Positions 24,766-37,754 of a stretch of DNA of 64,000 nt are shown piece after piece. The notes under the pieces were generated by a model that worked only from the letters and a program-made list of their open reading frames with translations, was not told where the DNA came from and did not search any database. The stretch spans positions 25,048,001-25,112,000 of the forward strand of contig NC_087248.1 of assembly GCF_037042905.1 (NCBI RefSeq), given 5' to 3'. The translations under genes and the position numbers were made by a program. How positions within the stretch are numbered: the first letter of the stretch is position 1; every line of letters starts with the position of its first letter. Source of the stretch: Lytechinus pictus. Taxonomy: Eukaryota.

Positions 24766-27573
24766 GTATATGTGAAAAAGAGGAAGCAAATTGCCTAAAA
24801 AGGTAAAAGCAAATATAGAAGAGAGGGGGTGTATTATAAAGAAACCATAGTATACATGTAAATAAGCAAATGTGGTAAATCTAAAAGAGGTGAGTGGAGA
24901 AAAAACAAATATATATATATATATATATATATAATAATAATTATTATATCGCCTGAATAAGGAAGGAAAAATTGGAGCTGAGCTTGTATGAGATATGGGA
25001 GGAAAGTAGAGTAAGAAACTATAATGTAAAAATTGGAGCTGAGCTTGTATGAGAAACATTTCTTTTTAAGGGGGAGCTTATGCAGTGGCCAGTCACAAAA
25101 AAAGAAAGGGGCAGGGGTCAATAAAAACATGAAGTCCATTTTGGACCCGATAAATTATACAGGCACAAAAAAGAAACTAAGAAAGAGAGGTCTCACTACA
25201 AAATGAAGGTCACTTTGCTTTTATTTCTTCCTTTTGCAACTTCTACCAGAATTCCATGTGGTGCTGCCTATGGGGAATAACACATAGACCAGCCCCTGGA
25301 AATTTGTGAGGGTGCTTCAATGCTTCACTGCCCTGCTTCCCAGGACCATGGCTTACACGTGAGAGCAAATGAGATCAAAATCAGAAAGTGCATTTGGATA
25401 TGACTATTAAGTACAACAATGTTAATTTGTATAAAAGAGTGAATGAATATTTATTTCAATAGGGAATAATTGCTTTATTTGCATGACAATTCATTTAGAC
25501 CACTTCTCCATGATTGAATGAGTGGCATGTTTCTTACATTTTCTTTACTGTTTCTCCCATTGTGTGTTTAAATGAAGATGTCTGTAAAATTCTGCCTGAG
25601 AAAAAAAATCAGATACTACCTATATCCTCAATAGTGCTTAAAGTGTACATTCATTATATTCGAAGCCTTATACAAATATCTAAAGGCGTATATCATTAGC
25701 CTACTACATGTCCGTGCCCCTGAAATAATATGAATTATAATGAATAAAGATATATATGTTTTTACAATAATTCAATTTTCGATTTTGTATGAAAAGTAAA
25801 ATAAAATTAATATGGTTGTGAGTCCAAACTGCGCGGATGTCCATGTCTTACGCATTAGTACAATACGCGATATAATGACTGCGGAAAGACGTTCGAAAAA
25901 TGGAAGCAACCACCAAAAGTTCAAAATGCGACACGTAAGACGTAAGTTAATTCATTTTAAGTTCATTTTATGAAAGTAAATCATGATAATTTACAATATT
26001 TCTGCTTTATTTGAAAGAAAAATCTAAAAAAATAACCATCAAATTACCGAAAATTTAGCGTTGATTCTCCCGTTGTCAGATACATGTACATCATTTTGCC
26101 ATGATTCAACCATAGAAACTAATCGATGTATGTATGTGCAGAAACACCTTTTTGCCATGATATTGCTGTATGAATTGTATGATGTATCTACAGATACATC
26201 ATTTTGCCATAAACGTTGGACTAATGTGGACAGTTGAATGATTTGGCTATATGGTGTATCTACATAAAAACAGTTATTTTGATGAAAAACAAAAGTTAAA
26301 TGTTATAAAAACTATTAAGGAACATGAATTCAATGACATTCTTATAAATCCAACTAAATTCAACATTGGGAAATTTTCTTTTGAAGAAAGACAAATGCTG
26401 TAACTTCAAAGTGATTTTTCTAAGAATGTGCATTTTGCAGATACATCGTTTTGCCGTGTAACGGCCGCTGTGTCAATGGAAGTACATTTAAGGATAACAA
26501 GGGGACGACTTTTGTTAAAAAAGTTTGATATCTTTTCCCATAGACATTGTATAAACAATGAGTGCATAAGCTTGATAATAAGTAACCCCTTATTCAATAT
26601 GGTGAAACTTTTTTTTTTCAAAACTGTCTTTAGCAATATTATTTGGCAGTAATGTTGATTAACCTATCGGCAGAATTATGTGCAAAAATGAAATCGATTT
26701 ATGTATTTATGGATTAGTAAACACGCATCACAAGGAAAAATTACATTTGTTAATGTCACAGAGTATTTTTGAGGGGTTATAATGGGAATATTGGAGGCAA
26801 AATCAGTTTTAGATATGACTTAATTGCTGTTGTTTTTTATCATCCATCACTTTCATCACCGCACACTCTCCGAACTTTTTACACTTTATTGGTTGAGCGA
26901 GCACACTTGAAAACTTAGAAATGAATACTATTTATATTGCATAAATGCATTATGTTTTAGAACAATTTCTCAGGATCAGTTAAATTTATGGAGTATTCAG
27001 TGATGGATCCATAATTTAAATATAGATAGGGGCCGAGGATTTGTGAGAGGGGAACATAACTAACATTTCCCAATTCTAACTTTTTTAGTGATAGAGGATA
27101 TTAACGTGAAGCCCTAAGATGATAAGTCACCAAAAATTGTGGTCACTCAACCATGAACATACTATGATGGATAGTAAAACGACATTAACACTCTAAAATT
27201 CACCAACAACCTTCGCCCGACATAATTTATTTACCCAATCTGAAAAACGACTATTGTGACTTTATAAATGGTCATTTCTTATTCACAAAGCTGCTTGCAT
27301 AGTTGTAAGACCCTACATCTAAATAATAATTCATAATATCATTAATTAAATCACCCATTGATATCGTTGGAACGTTGACTTCCCTTAATAAATCATTTTT
27401 CATAGGAATGAAGTACTTTACCAATTTGCCAAAAAGACAGGTTTTGAATATTTGATGTTAAGAATAAAAACATTTTCTTAGTGTTCAACACAACTGGGTA
27501 TACACAGTTGTCAAATATGATACTTTCATGTACATGTATGCTAACACCTCCTCCGTTTCTGCTTCTATATCTT

Positions 27574-28247
27574 CGGCCATGCGTTTTGAGTTTGGCCAGT
27601 TCTTTGTGACGTGTTTTTGCGACATGCAAGTTTCGTCTTTTTTCATTTAAACACTTGTTTAAAATGTTTATACAACTTCTGTGCGATTCACATATTAAAC
27701 ACTGTTGTTTACTGCTGTGTAGTATTTAACGGGACCCATCTGAATCTAGCTGTTCGCTATCAAAATGACTGTCAGGGCCCTGATGTATGTAATCAAACAA
27801 AATAAGAATAAAGTATTGTTTGTTTGCTTAACATTTAGTATGGCGTAACATTTTACTCATCTATGTATCAAAGTGAATAGACGGATTTAGATAAAAGTTA
27901 CAAGGCAGTTGTACACATTAGGTCTCCATGACACTCTTTTTCAAGAATGCAAAAGTTATCTATCGTAGGAAGATATAATCCCCAAGTTTGGGTTTAGTAC
28001 AATTATATTGCCTCTTCCATGTTTTTTTTTTGTGAAGCAAGCCATCTCCTTGGTACTTCCAATACTTCACATTGCTATTCTTTCAGTTACACTTACGTAT
28101 TTCTTGATAAATTCAAATGTATATAGGACAATGATGTTAAAGGGATCTGTTGAGGGCTTCCATGTAACGAGGATTTAATTGCTGAAAATTTTCTCGTAGA
28201 TGTTTGTACTCCACATATTTACTGGCTCAAATCAAAACGCATGGCCG
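27574..28247. mobile_element. Non-autonomous DNA transposon with ~28-bp TIRs, superfamily unassigned
   Basis: CGGCCATGCGTTTTGAGTTTGGCCAGT ... ACTGGCTCAAATCAAAACGCATGGCCG; TSD unclear. Confidence 0.55.
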
Positions 28248-28767
28248 TACTTCACTATCTTACATGTATATCAATAAATCATTAAGCGTAGACGCTTTGG
28301 CAACCAGAAATATATAATTTTTGCATACATGTAATATATTACTATTTTCATCGAGGTTCTTCAATAAGCTGCCCCATTCAATTGAATAAATTTTAAATCG
28401 CTACCCCATAATTCCCTGAAATTACCGGAATGGTAGTGTGCTAAAAAAAAAAATTATTGATAAAATTGTGTGACTGTTTTGCTTTCCGTTTTGGTTGCAA
28501 AGGGTCTTACTCAGCTGAAAAGGGTAAATGTTTAAGTACACAACGTGGACAAATCCAGTTTACAAAATGTTAAAATGGATCATTGTATCATTCTTGAGAA
28601 AGATGAGCACATTTCGCACATAAATTTCATGGTTTATTTTCACAAACTTTTCGCATATGCCACAAAGATTATCCCTACCCGAAAACCATTTTCCCCCTAA
28701 AACTTGCTAAAAAAAGTTAATCAAAATTAGGGAAAAGTGTGATATATGGGACTGAATAGACCTGCAA

Positions 28768-28985
28768 CATGGCCCTGGGAAGCAGGGATGCCGAAGCACC
28801 CCCAATTATTTCCTGGGGGTGTTGTGTGTATTATTCTCCATAGGCAGCACCCCTGGAATTCTGAACGATGCGAAGCAATGGAGATATATAAACCAAATTG
28901 ACCTACATTTGGCGGTGAAACACCCTTTTGTGCTTTCCAAGTTTACGTCAGCACCCCTAGTGAAAATATCGTTCTCAGAGCCTTG
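28768..28985. mobile_element. hAT-type MITE (218 bp)
   Basis: CATGGCCCTGGGAA...TTCTCAGAGCCTTG, 8-bp TSD ACCTGCAA / ACTTGCAA, internal CAGCACCCC repeats. Confidence 0.65.
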
Positions 28986-29029
28986 ACTTGCAATAATGGA
29001 TAATGCAAGAAGAAAACATGATACTTGTA

Positions 29030-29308
29030 TAATAATAATAATACTAATAACATAGGGTATTTATATTGCGCACATATCCACCTTGTTAGGTCCTCAAGGC
29101 GCTCCAATATTACCCAGCTAAGCTAGGCGTTCACAGAGCACACAGCTTCTTGAGGAATTCCTACCGGTACCCATTTACATCACCTGGGTTGACTGCAGCA
29201 CATTTGGATAATTTTCTTGCTGAAGGAAATTACCCCATCGCTGGGATTCGAACCTACGACCCTCTGTTTCAAAGTCCGGAGACTAATCCTCTTGGCCACA
29301 ACGCTCCC
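29030..29308 (-). mobile_element. tRNA-derived SINE, same head family as 1326-1615 with a different 3' part
   Basis: GGGAGCGTTGTGGCCAAGAGG...GACTTTGAAAC...GGTTCGAATCC, (ATT)n tail. Confidence 0.8.
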
Positions 29309-29924
29309 TATAAGTAATATAGCTTACATTGCCATTGCCTTCTTTAACGGACGTAATGAACTTCTCGATGGACTTTTCGGAGCTGCGACAATATTTACAT
29401 CTATTAGAGACCAAACAAACGAAACATTTTTATTTCCGTGCTGTCTTTGAGATTGCATACCTGTAGTTTATGGCGGTGAGGTCTTCGGAAATTAATATCC
29501 CAGTCTTCTTTAGTTTTCTTCTGTTACGTAGGATCGGTAACAACTTACCCGATAGTGTTAACAGGGTAGTAGTAATATATATCATTTAAGTCCGTTTTGA
29601 AGGCATTCTTTTTGTATAAAAATTGACCGTAAGCTCCTTTGTAAACAGGTTTTTCCATCTCTTGGTTTTCTTTTTCTTTTTCGAAAGCGCATATAGAAAC
29701 GCTGCTCCCGTGCAGACGTGCAATATACTCGTTTCTCCTTTTTAGCTATTTTTTTCCCTTTTTGGATTTTTTTTTCTACAAAAATAGATTTTTAGCCAAA
29801 AGACCATTTTGGAATATACTAACGAGCATTTTAAACTGAAATTTTATCTGACTTTATCGGTCATTTTTATAAAATCTGATCCACCAAATTTACATCGTCG
29901 CTATACTGATTTTCAACCAACACA

Positions 29925-32900
29925 GTCTACGTAGCGCAGTAGCTGACCATTCCCGAACCTACGGCAGCAGCAGTACCTCGTCGTTTCATCTAATCTTACC
30001 GAGCAACCTTTCCTGCCTTTACTACGCCACAATCGCGGGAAACTTCTATTGTCTTCGAGCGCCATCTTGCTTTTTTTTACCTGATTGGATTGAGACCGAT
30101 TGTGTTTTGGTGACTTTTACCTGCTACCTCTTCTTTCTTACTAAAGCTGTTGTGGACATAAGTCAAACTCAATGTGAGCATGTTCCATGTTGTGCCTTTT
30201 TCTGTCTTTGATTGAATGAGGAGTGAATCTGCTCTTGACTCTGACTCAACTACACTGGGACTGACATTTTGGAACGACTGTATATGAATTGTTGAATCTT
30301 TCTAATTGTGACTTCATGATATTACGCGTCAAAATCTAATCTAAACTTTGTATCCGGCATTTTCTTATCTAAGTAACGTTAGACATCCTAACCAACCCCC
30401 TAAACACGTTTTGGCCCCTAAACAAGATGTCGCCAGAACACGACCTCGGGGAAAAAGCTTGGGGGGGGGGGGGGGGGAAACATACCCGTTTGGCTAGTCT
30501 TAATAAAAAATCTTAGGGAAAAAACATACCCAAAATACGTTTGAACCCGTGATTGACCATTGACCAGTCTTAAAAAACCACCCTTTTCTTGAAAATCTGT
30601 ATTTTTGACACCCTTAACGAGTCCACGCGCGGACCGCATCCAAAACTGAAAAACACTCCTTTAAACGCGTTTTTTTTTTTTTGTTCACGCGTGTGTACAG
30701 CAATATATTTGACTGCCCCCCCCCCCCCGGGCGTTAGATCTGGAATCTACTGATATTGATTTGTAAATAGAGACTTTAAACTGTTAATGCTTTTTTGAAG
30801 ATTAGTTGTTTTGCGAATTTTTGACTTGGCAATTGGAAAAGTCAAACCCACACCGTTCTTCGTTCTTTTAGCTAGCAGGTGTGCAGTCTTACTTTTTGTA
30901 CTGTTTATTAGCAAGCAAAACAATTCTTTATGTAAACCTGAGGAGTCTAGGAACTCTAGCGTTTGGCCAAATGATGACGTATCTATTTACAAGTCACCAC
31001 CCTCTCTTCTATCGAACGTTAAGCCTACCTCAATTCTGATGAGTTCCACTTGGCAATCTTAAAGGGCAGGGCTTCCAAGAATAAAACCAAGGTATAAAAA
31101 ATGGAAGGAAAACACCGATATTCTTCTGATGATAATTCTGTCGGGAGATTGTCTAGTCAATTGTCCAGTAAGATACCCCTGTGGAATGTGCTGTAAAGCA
31201 GTTGCTAAAACTCATAAAGCTATTTTGTGTGATCTGTGTGATAAGTGGTATCATATTGGATGTGCCAAGATGACGGGTGACCAGTATAAACTTATTCAAA
31301 GTCAATCAGAAGAAGAAGCCTGGTATTGTGAAGATAGTAGTAGTCCCACTGAATGTTCCATTTGCAATCATCCAAACATCCAGGCATTGCTGTGACCACT
31401 GTGATAAATGGTATCACATTCAATGCTGCTGCTGTAATTTCCCTCTCATGGAGTATAAGAAAATGCAAAAAGGAGGCGCCAGTGTTACTTGGTTTTGCGC
31501 TTCATGTGAACTACCAAATCTTTCGGACTCACTTTCAAATTCTTCAGGACTTACTTCGAGTAATAATTCCTTCTCTTTCCTGGTCAAGCAGGATTCATTT
31601 CAGACAGAATCAGCTATTCTAAGTGATAAATCAAATTGTCCTAAATCAGCTAGTTCCAGTTTTTTTTCAAAAACAAATTGTCGTAGGAAGACTAAACTGA
31701 AGATCCTGTTAGTGAATTGTCGTAGCTTACGCAGTAATGTAAAACAAGCAGAATTCCAGGCCCTTATTGGTTCTGAGGACCCGGATATAATTCTTGCATC
31801 TGAGTCCCATCTCGACGATACTTTTTCTTACCATTCCTGTCTACCACCAGGGTACTGTGCATAAAGGACAGATAGCTACGTGTGATGGGAGGTACCCCTT
31901 TAGCTTTTAAGGAGAATATCCACATGACTCCCGTCAAGAATGGTCCTTATGATGTTACTTGGGGAAAATGTTTGATTTGTGGCAAACAAAAACCTGTTTT
32001 ATATATTGGTTCACTTTATCGCAACCCCTCGTCAAATATACAACTGTAAGAGAGTCGAGAGGATGATCTGTCAAAGATGGTTACTGGTCAATCTTTACCG
32101 TTAATCATACTTGGGGAGATGTTAATCTACCAGATATTGATTGGGAGACAGACGCTGTTAAACTATCTCCACATTATGGCCTAGGACTGAATCAAAAGTT
32201 CATGAATATTGTGAACGATTTCTGCTTCCATCAACATGTTCACGAGCATACTCGTCAAAATAACACATTCGATATTCTTCTAACGACATACCCAATGTTC
32301 AAGAAAGGGGACATACCGTCACTCAAAAAAAAAACCTTCTTGATAGTTGTAAAAGTTTAATGGATAGTGTTGAAGGTAGGTCATTGGATGATAACTGGGC
32401 ACTCTTAAAAAAAAAAAACATTTTTGAGGCCACAAATTCTCACGTTACTAGAAACTTAAAAATGGCAAAGACATGCCATGGATGAATACTCAAATTAAAA
32501 TGAAAATTCGGAAACGTAAACGCTTGTTTAAGCGAGCTAGAAGAACAGACCTGGCTGATGTTTGGGAGAGTGTTCGTATCCTACGAAACAGCATTAGGCG
32601 TGAACTAAATAATGCTCAAACGGAATATATTCGAGGTATTCTCAACACAGAGAATCTGTACACCCGCCCCTTGACGTTTTTGGTCATTCGTGGCTCATAA
32701 GCGACGTGATCATAGTGTAGTCCCTCCTTTACAAACAGAGAGCGGACTCGTATGTGATAGTTTACAGAAGGCTGAAATTTCGAATGCCCATTATGGATCT
32801 GTATTCACCAAGGATGATCCCTCAATTGACCAACACATCGGTTGGATACCCGTAAAGCACGAAGTCCTGGTGATATTCCCACATACATTTTGAAAGAATG

Positions 32901-33535
32901 TGCAGAAATAATGACACCAGTTTTCACTGGAATCTTCAACCAATCATTGAAGGAGGGGAAATTACCAGCTGACTGGCTAACAGCAAACGTCTGTCCTCAG
33001 TGTATTCAAGAAGGGTGAATAATCACTTACTGTACACTATAGGCCTGTATCTTTGCCATCAATTCCTTGCAAATTACTGGATCATATAATATTTCATATT
33101 ACATTATCATGGCACATATCGATAACCACTCAATTTTGAAAAAAATTCACCATGGCTTTTTAAAAGCCCATTCTTGTGAGACCCAGCTTATAAACACAGT
33201 TGAAGAAATCATGCGTTGTCTCGACTCTGTTCCTGGTAGTCAGGTAGACATGCAGATCCTATATTTTAGTAAAGCTTTTTATGCTGTGTCGCATCGAACA
33301 CTCCTGCGTAAAATAAATCATTATGGGATACAGGATTCGACCCTTCGATGGATTGGCACTTGGCTTACTGCTCGTAGTCAACAAGTCATTGTAGATGGAG
33401 AAAAATCCCAACCGATCCCTGTCACCTCCGGTGTGCCGCAAGGGACCGTTCCCGGCCCCTTTTATTTCTTCTTGTACATCAACGACATTGGAAATCAATT
33501 TAGTGCAGAAACAAGGATTAAATTATTCGCTGACA
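29925..33535 (+). mobile_element. Decayed CR1-clade LINE: 5' UTR, two PHD fingers, AP endonuclease, reverse transcriptase (many frameshifts and deletions)
   Basis: CxxC...CDLCDKWYHIGC...WYC and CDHCDKWYHIQC...WFCASC; LVNCRSL...ASESHL (APE); HGF...SCETQL, FSKAF, SGVPQGTV, FAD (RT). The 5' boundary is approximate. Confidence 0.85.
30384..30731. mobile_element. Non-autonomous DNA element with CCCGGG-poly(G) terminus inserted in the LINE 5' UTR; left end lost
   Basis: Right end GACTGCCCCCCCCCCCCCGGG; CGTTAGA repeated on both sides; same terminus type as 47872-48401. Confidence 0.55.
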
Positions 33536-33544
33536 ATTTTATCT

Positions 33545-33885
33545 TCGATCTCGAAATGTGGTCTTATCCGATGTGCCGAATATTATGGAAACAAAGGAAA
33601 TCGAACGGTGATGTCCCGAAACTCATGGATCTCACACGGAAAGAAAGATTAATATTGATCCAGGAACGCAAACTCTCATATGATGACCATACCAGGAGAC
33701 ACGAATCTTTGCCAAATAGAAATTAAGGAACAATAGGGAGGAGGAGAAAAAGGAAAAGCTTGCTTGAGAATATTGAGGAGTTGACAGGCAGAAAGACGTA
33801 TGTATGCTGTGAGATAGCGCTGGACAGAGACAGATGAAAAACCATTACATCCAACCTCTTTAAGGAGAAGGAACAGCAGAAAGGC
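33545..33885 (+). mobile_element. RTE-clade LINE 3' fragment
   Basis: LEMWSY..CRILWKQRKSNGDV...IQERKLSY..HTRR...GRRRKRKSLLENIEELTG...ALDRDR resembles the RTE C-terminal pattern (FEMWCYRRML.ISW...GHI.R...RGRP...W..NI..WTG...A.DR..W). Confidence 0.7.
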
Positions 33886-34308
33886 ACGCTAAGATTTTCG
33901 ATTCACTCTTTTTCTACAATTTTCGACAACTCTTACCCTTCATACTCTTGTATTTACTCTATTATCACGTGAAATACAAAATTCATAGTGGTTAGTTTCG
34001 GTCATGTTCGCTCATTTGGCTTAAACAGCAGACGATGCAGCCTGCTAGTTTCTACTATATGTACGCAGACCCTATTGCAAATTAAATTCGATTCCGGACG
34101 CTATACTACTAAATATTTGCCCTCTCAATCTGTAGCTATATTATAAATATCAGTAGACAATGCTGTAGAGTACAAGAACATTGTTACTTTCAACATTAAA
34201 TGTGTTAGTTAATTTTGTTTGGATTGCATTAATTGTTCCAAATGAAAAGGGTCTTGGAACGGAAACTATCATACGTTAGTCAGGCGACGTTGTACACAGA
34301 AATATGCC

Positions 34309-35179
34309 ATGTTCTGCCTGCTCGATTTCAAAGTTTGGGAGAAAAATGAGATGTAACCATTATACCAGTCATACAGTATTATACATCAACATGCATATAG
34401 GTAATCTATTTCGCATTCAGATGAAAATCAATCTGCGCGAAGCGCGCTGCTGCTGGTTTGCGATGCAAACCAGCCTGAAAGGACGAGCGAAGCGAGCCAT
34501 TAGACCTAGTCTGCTATGCAGACTTTCTCTTCCTTCTTTCCTATTTTTCTTTTTTTCCCTTTCATTCTTCTGGACTTGTTCTTTTCCTATGCAGACTCCT
34601 TCAATTAGCTGTGGTACACACACTGCTGATGTGGGTCTACATTTGACTACATGTACTTTCTCTTAGCAGTACAGGAAGCGCCGTGGTGTAGCGGTTCTGA
34701 CCTTCGCGGTAGGAAACAACCGTCATTGCGGTTGGTTTAGCAAGTGTGCGCCTAACAGGCTGCTTAAAATGCTATGAATAAAGTACCCGGGTAATAATAA
34801 TTGTGAACAGATTTGAACAGTCGTAGATTGATAAAGCGCTACATAAATGCCAATTATTATTATTATTGATTGATTGCATTTATTATTTTTCGTTCCAAAA
34901 TTTAACAAAAGTTACAATGTAAAGCATAACACAAAAATATCATATACAGAAATGAAAAAAGGGAACCTACTGGAAAGCAAAGCTTGTTGGTATGGGTTCC
35001 CTGCAATAAATAGTGAATTAAAATATATATTTGATTAATGAAATTCAATTCAATGTTCTGCCTGCTCGATTTCAAAGTTTGGGAGAAAAATGAGATGTAA
35101 CCATTATACCAGTCATACAGTATTATACATCAACATGCATATAGGTAATCTATTTCGCATTCAGATGAAAATCAATCTG
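34309..35179 (+). repeat. Identical 127-bp direct repeats (34309-34435, 35053-35179) flanking a 617-bp composite insert
   Basis: No mismatch seen between the two copies; the insert holds sequence paralogous to 37186-37740 plus an inverted LINE tail. Confidence 0.85.
34673..34867 (+). mobile_element. Internally deleted tRNA-SINE, paralog of 37433-37754
   Basis: Same head and tail; lacks ~105 nt including the B box. Confidence 0.75.
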
Positions 35180-35938
35180 GACCTTTTTGACCTGAAAACA
35201 AAGATGCCAGTATCTCGAAAATTTGGGTGGTTTTGGACTCTTTGCCATAGCAAGAGTTGTGAACATGGACAATACAGCGAGATGTAAATAGTAAATTGAT
35301 TGTAATAATATTTACATCAAATGAATGGAATAGGATAAATATTTCACACTAATATCAATCTGGTGTGAGATCATTAATAGTTAGAAAAATATATACGGAT
35401 TTTTTTCTATATTACGCTCGTGAAAACGACTGTTCCCTTTGTTGAAGCTGTGCGTGTGGCTTTTCGGACACTCAAATGCACGTGACTAACCATTATGCCT
35501 TGTGTGATATCTCACGCATATATTCACTGGTATACTAGTGCGTTATTTTATTTTTCTAAGCTCAATTATACCTATACAAAGTCGCATTTAAACTTTGTAG
35601 ATATACTAAATTAAATATGAGAAAAAACAACCGTAGGAGCCCTTTTCAGAGAGCTTATCCTGTATAAATATGTTCTTATAAATAAATAAAATTAATGAAT
35701 CCACTCTCAATGTACATCCATAAACGCCCAAAACACGACACCCTGATGATCATCTGTACATGTATCAAGTCGAATATATCATTGGACACTGACGATAGAC
35801 ATTACTATGTATTATACATTATTTTATTTCTCTCTCTTTTCTTCCCTCCCTCTAATTCCGTTTCCATTTCCCCCCTACTATATCCATCTACAGTATCTAA
35901 GTCATGTCAATGAAAAAAAAATAATGAAAAAATAACCA

Positions 35939-36820
35939 ATAGAAACACCGACTCCCCGTTGCCATGGTTGTGTAAACAATAGTACCCTAAACAAACCCCA
36001 CAATGCATTCGCACCAACAGTATGAAGCTGCACAAAACCTCGCCCCGCGTGATCGAACACAGACGTCAATGTCATATTTGTGTATAAAAACCCCTTTATA
36101 CAATTTACACACTTTGCGTGCGGTCGTTGATGAAGTTCGTAGTCGGGTTTGGTATTTTGCATGAACCAAGTTGCAATAATTCACCGGGAACCGAATGGCA
36201 GGACTCTAAGGGTTGTCCTAATTTTTATGATAGGCATACCTCTGAAAGGAAGGATACCAAGTGACGTCACCTACACCTACATCTATCTTGCATGTGCTTG
36301 AAGGTGGAAGATATAGTGCAATCGAGTCATCACGGATGGTAATATGATGTACCATGAAAAAAATGAAAAAAAAAAAACATTGAAAACTAACTTATAGAAA
36401 CACCGACCCCCCCCCCCCCGATGTCATGGCTGCGCAAACAATAGAACCCTTAAAAAAAACCTCCACAAAACATTCGCACCAGCGCTATCAAACTGAACAA
36501 AATCTCGTCCCGCGTGATCGAACACAGATTCCAATGTCATATTCGGGGTTAAAACCTCTTTATACAATTTACACACTTTGCTTGCGGGCTTTGATGAAGT
36601 TCGTAGTCGGGTTTGGAATTCTGCATGAACTAAGTTGCAATAATTCACCAGGAACTGAATGGCAGGACTCTAAGGGTTGTCCTAACTTTTATGATAGGCA
36701 TACCTCTGAAGGAAAGCATACCAAGTGACGTGACCTACACCTACATCTATCTTGCATGTGCTTGAATGTGGAAGATATAGTGCAATCGAGTCGTCGTGGA
36801 TGGTAATATAATGTACCATG
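35939..36820 (+). repeat. Tandem duplication of a ~455-bp unit (35939-36356, 36394-36820)
   Basis: Collinear from atagaaacaccgac to atgtaccatg. Confidence 0.85.
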
Positions 36821-37432
36821 CAGGAAATTGAGATTGTTTTCATCGTTGATAATGGAAAACCCTGTTAAAGGTAAGCGCATTACCAACGCCCATGACCACG
36901 TATAGACCCAGACCAAACGACACACACCAGCTATTTGGGCGGGCAAATTATTTCGTTTTAGGAGCGTATTTTAAATTTGCAGCCTAATTGAAGCATGAAG
37001 GGATACTTTTGAACTTCTTCTCTCACCCTTCCCCTTATTTAAAATCTTGTCTTTATTTGGTCTTCTCTTTTTTCATTCTTTGAATCCATTTCTCTCTCTC
37101 TGCTCTTATTTTTTCCCCTTCACGAACCATCAGTTTCTCTTTAGTTTGCTATGCAGACTCTGAATGGCTCGTGAGATGGGATCTGAGCGCGCGAAGCGCG
37201 CTGCTGCTGGCTTGCATACCAGCCTGAAAGGACGAGCGCAGCGAGCGTTTAGACCTTGTCTGCTATGCAGACTTTTTCTTCCTTTCTTTCCCCTTTTTCT
37301 TTTTTTTCCCCATTTTTTCCCTTTAATTCTTCTTGACTTGTTCTTTTTCTATGCAGACTCCTTGAATCAGCTGTGGTACACACACTGCAGTTGTGGGTCT
37401 ACATTTGTAGAATAGTTTCTCTTAGCAGTACA

Positions 37433-37754
37433 GGAAGCGCCGTGGTGTAGCAGTTCTGACTCTCGCCTTGTAAGCAGAGGGTCATGTATCCGAATCCCAC
37501 CATGGCCTAGCGTCCTTTGGCAAGGCGTAAATCCACTCTTTGCCACTCTCACCCAGGTGCTACTTGGGTACCGGTAGGAAACAACCGTCATTACGGTTGG
37601 TTTAGGAAGTGTGCGCCTAACAGGCTGCTTGAAATGCTATGAAACCACTAACCGGGTAATAATAATTGTGAACAGCTTCGAACAGTCGTAGATTGATAAA
37701 GCACTATATAAATGCCAATTATTATTATCATTATTATTATTATTATCATTATTA
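37433..37754 (+). mobile_element. Full-length tRNA-derived SINE
   Basis: A box TGGTGTAGCAG, degenerate B box TATCCGAATCC, CCTTTGGCAAGGC core, AAAGCACTATATAAATG plus (ATT)n tail. Confidence 0.8.

Noticed and set aside
24332-25139. Cluster of overlapping 60-116 aa ORFs
   Set aside because: Low-complexity F/L/I/Y/K-rich translations of microsatellites and A runs, with no domain signal.
25780-26471. Repeated GATACATC.TTTTGCC motif as a transposon end
   Set aside because: No matching opposite terminus or TSD could be found in the window.
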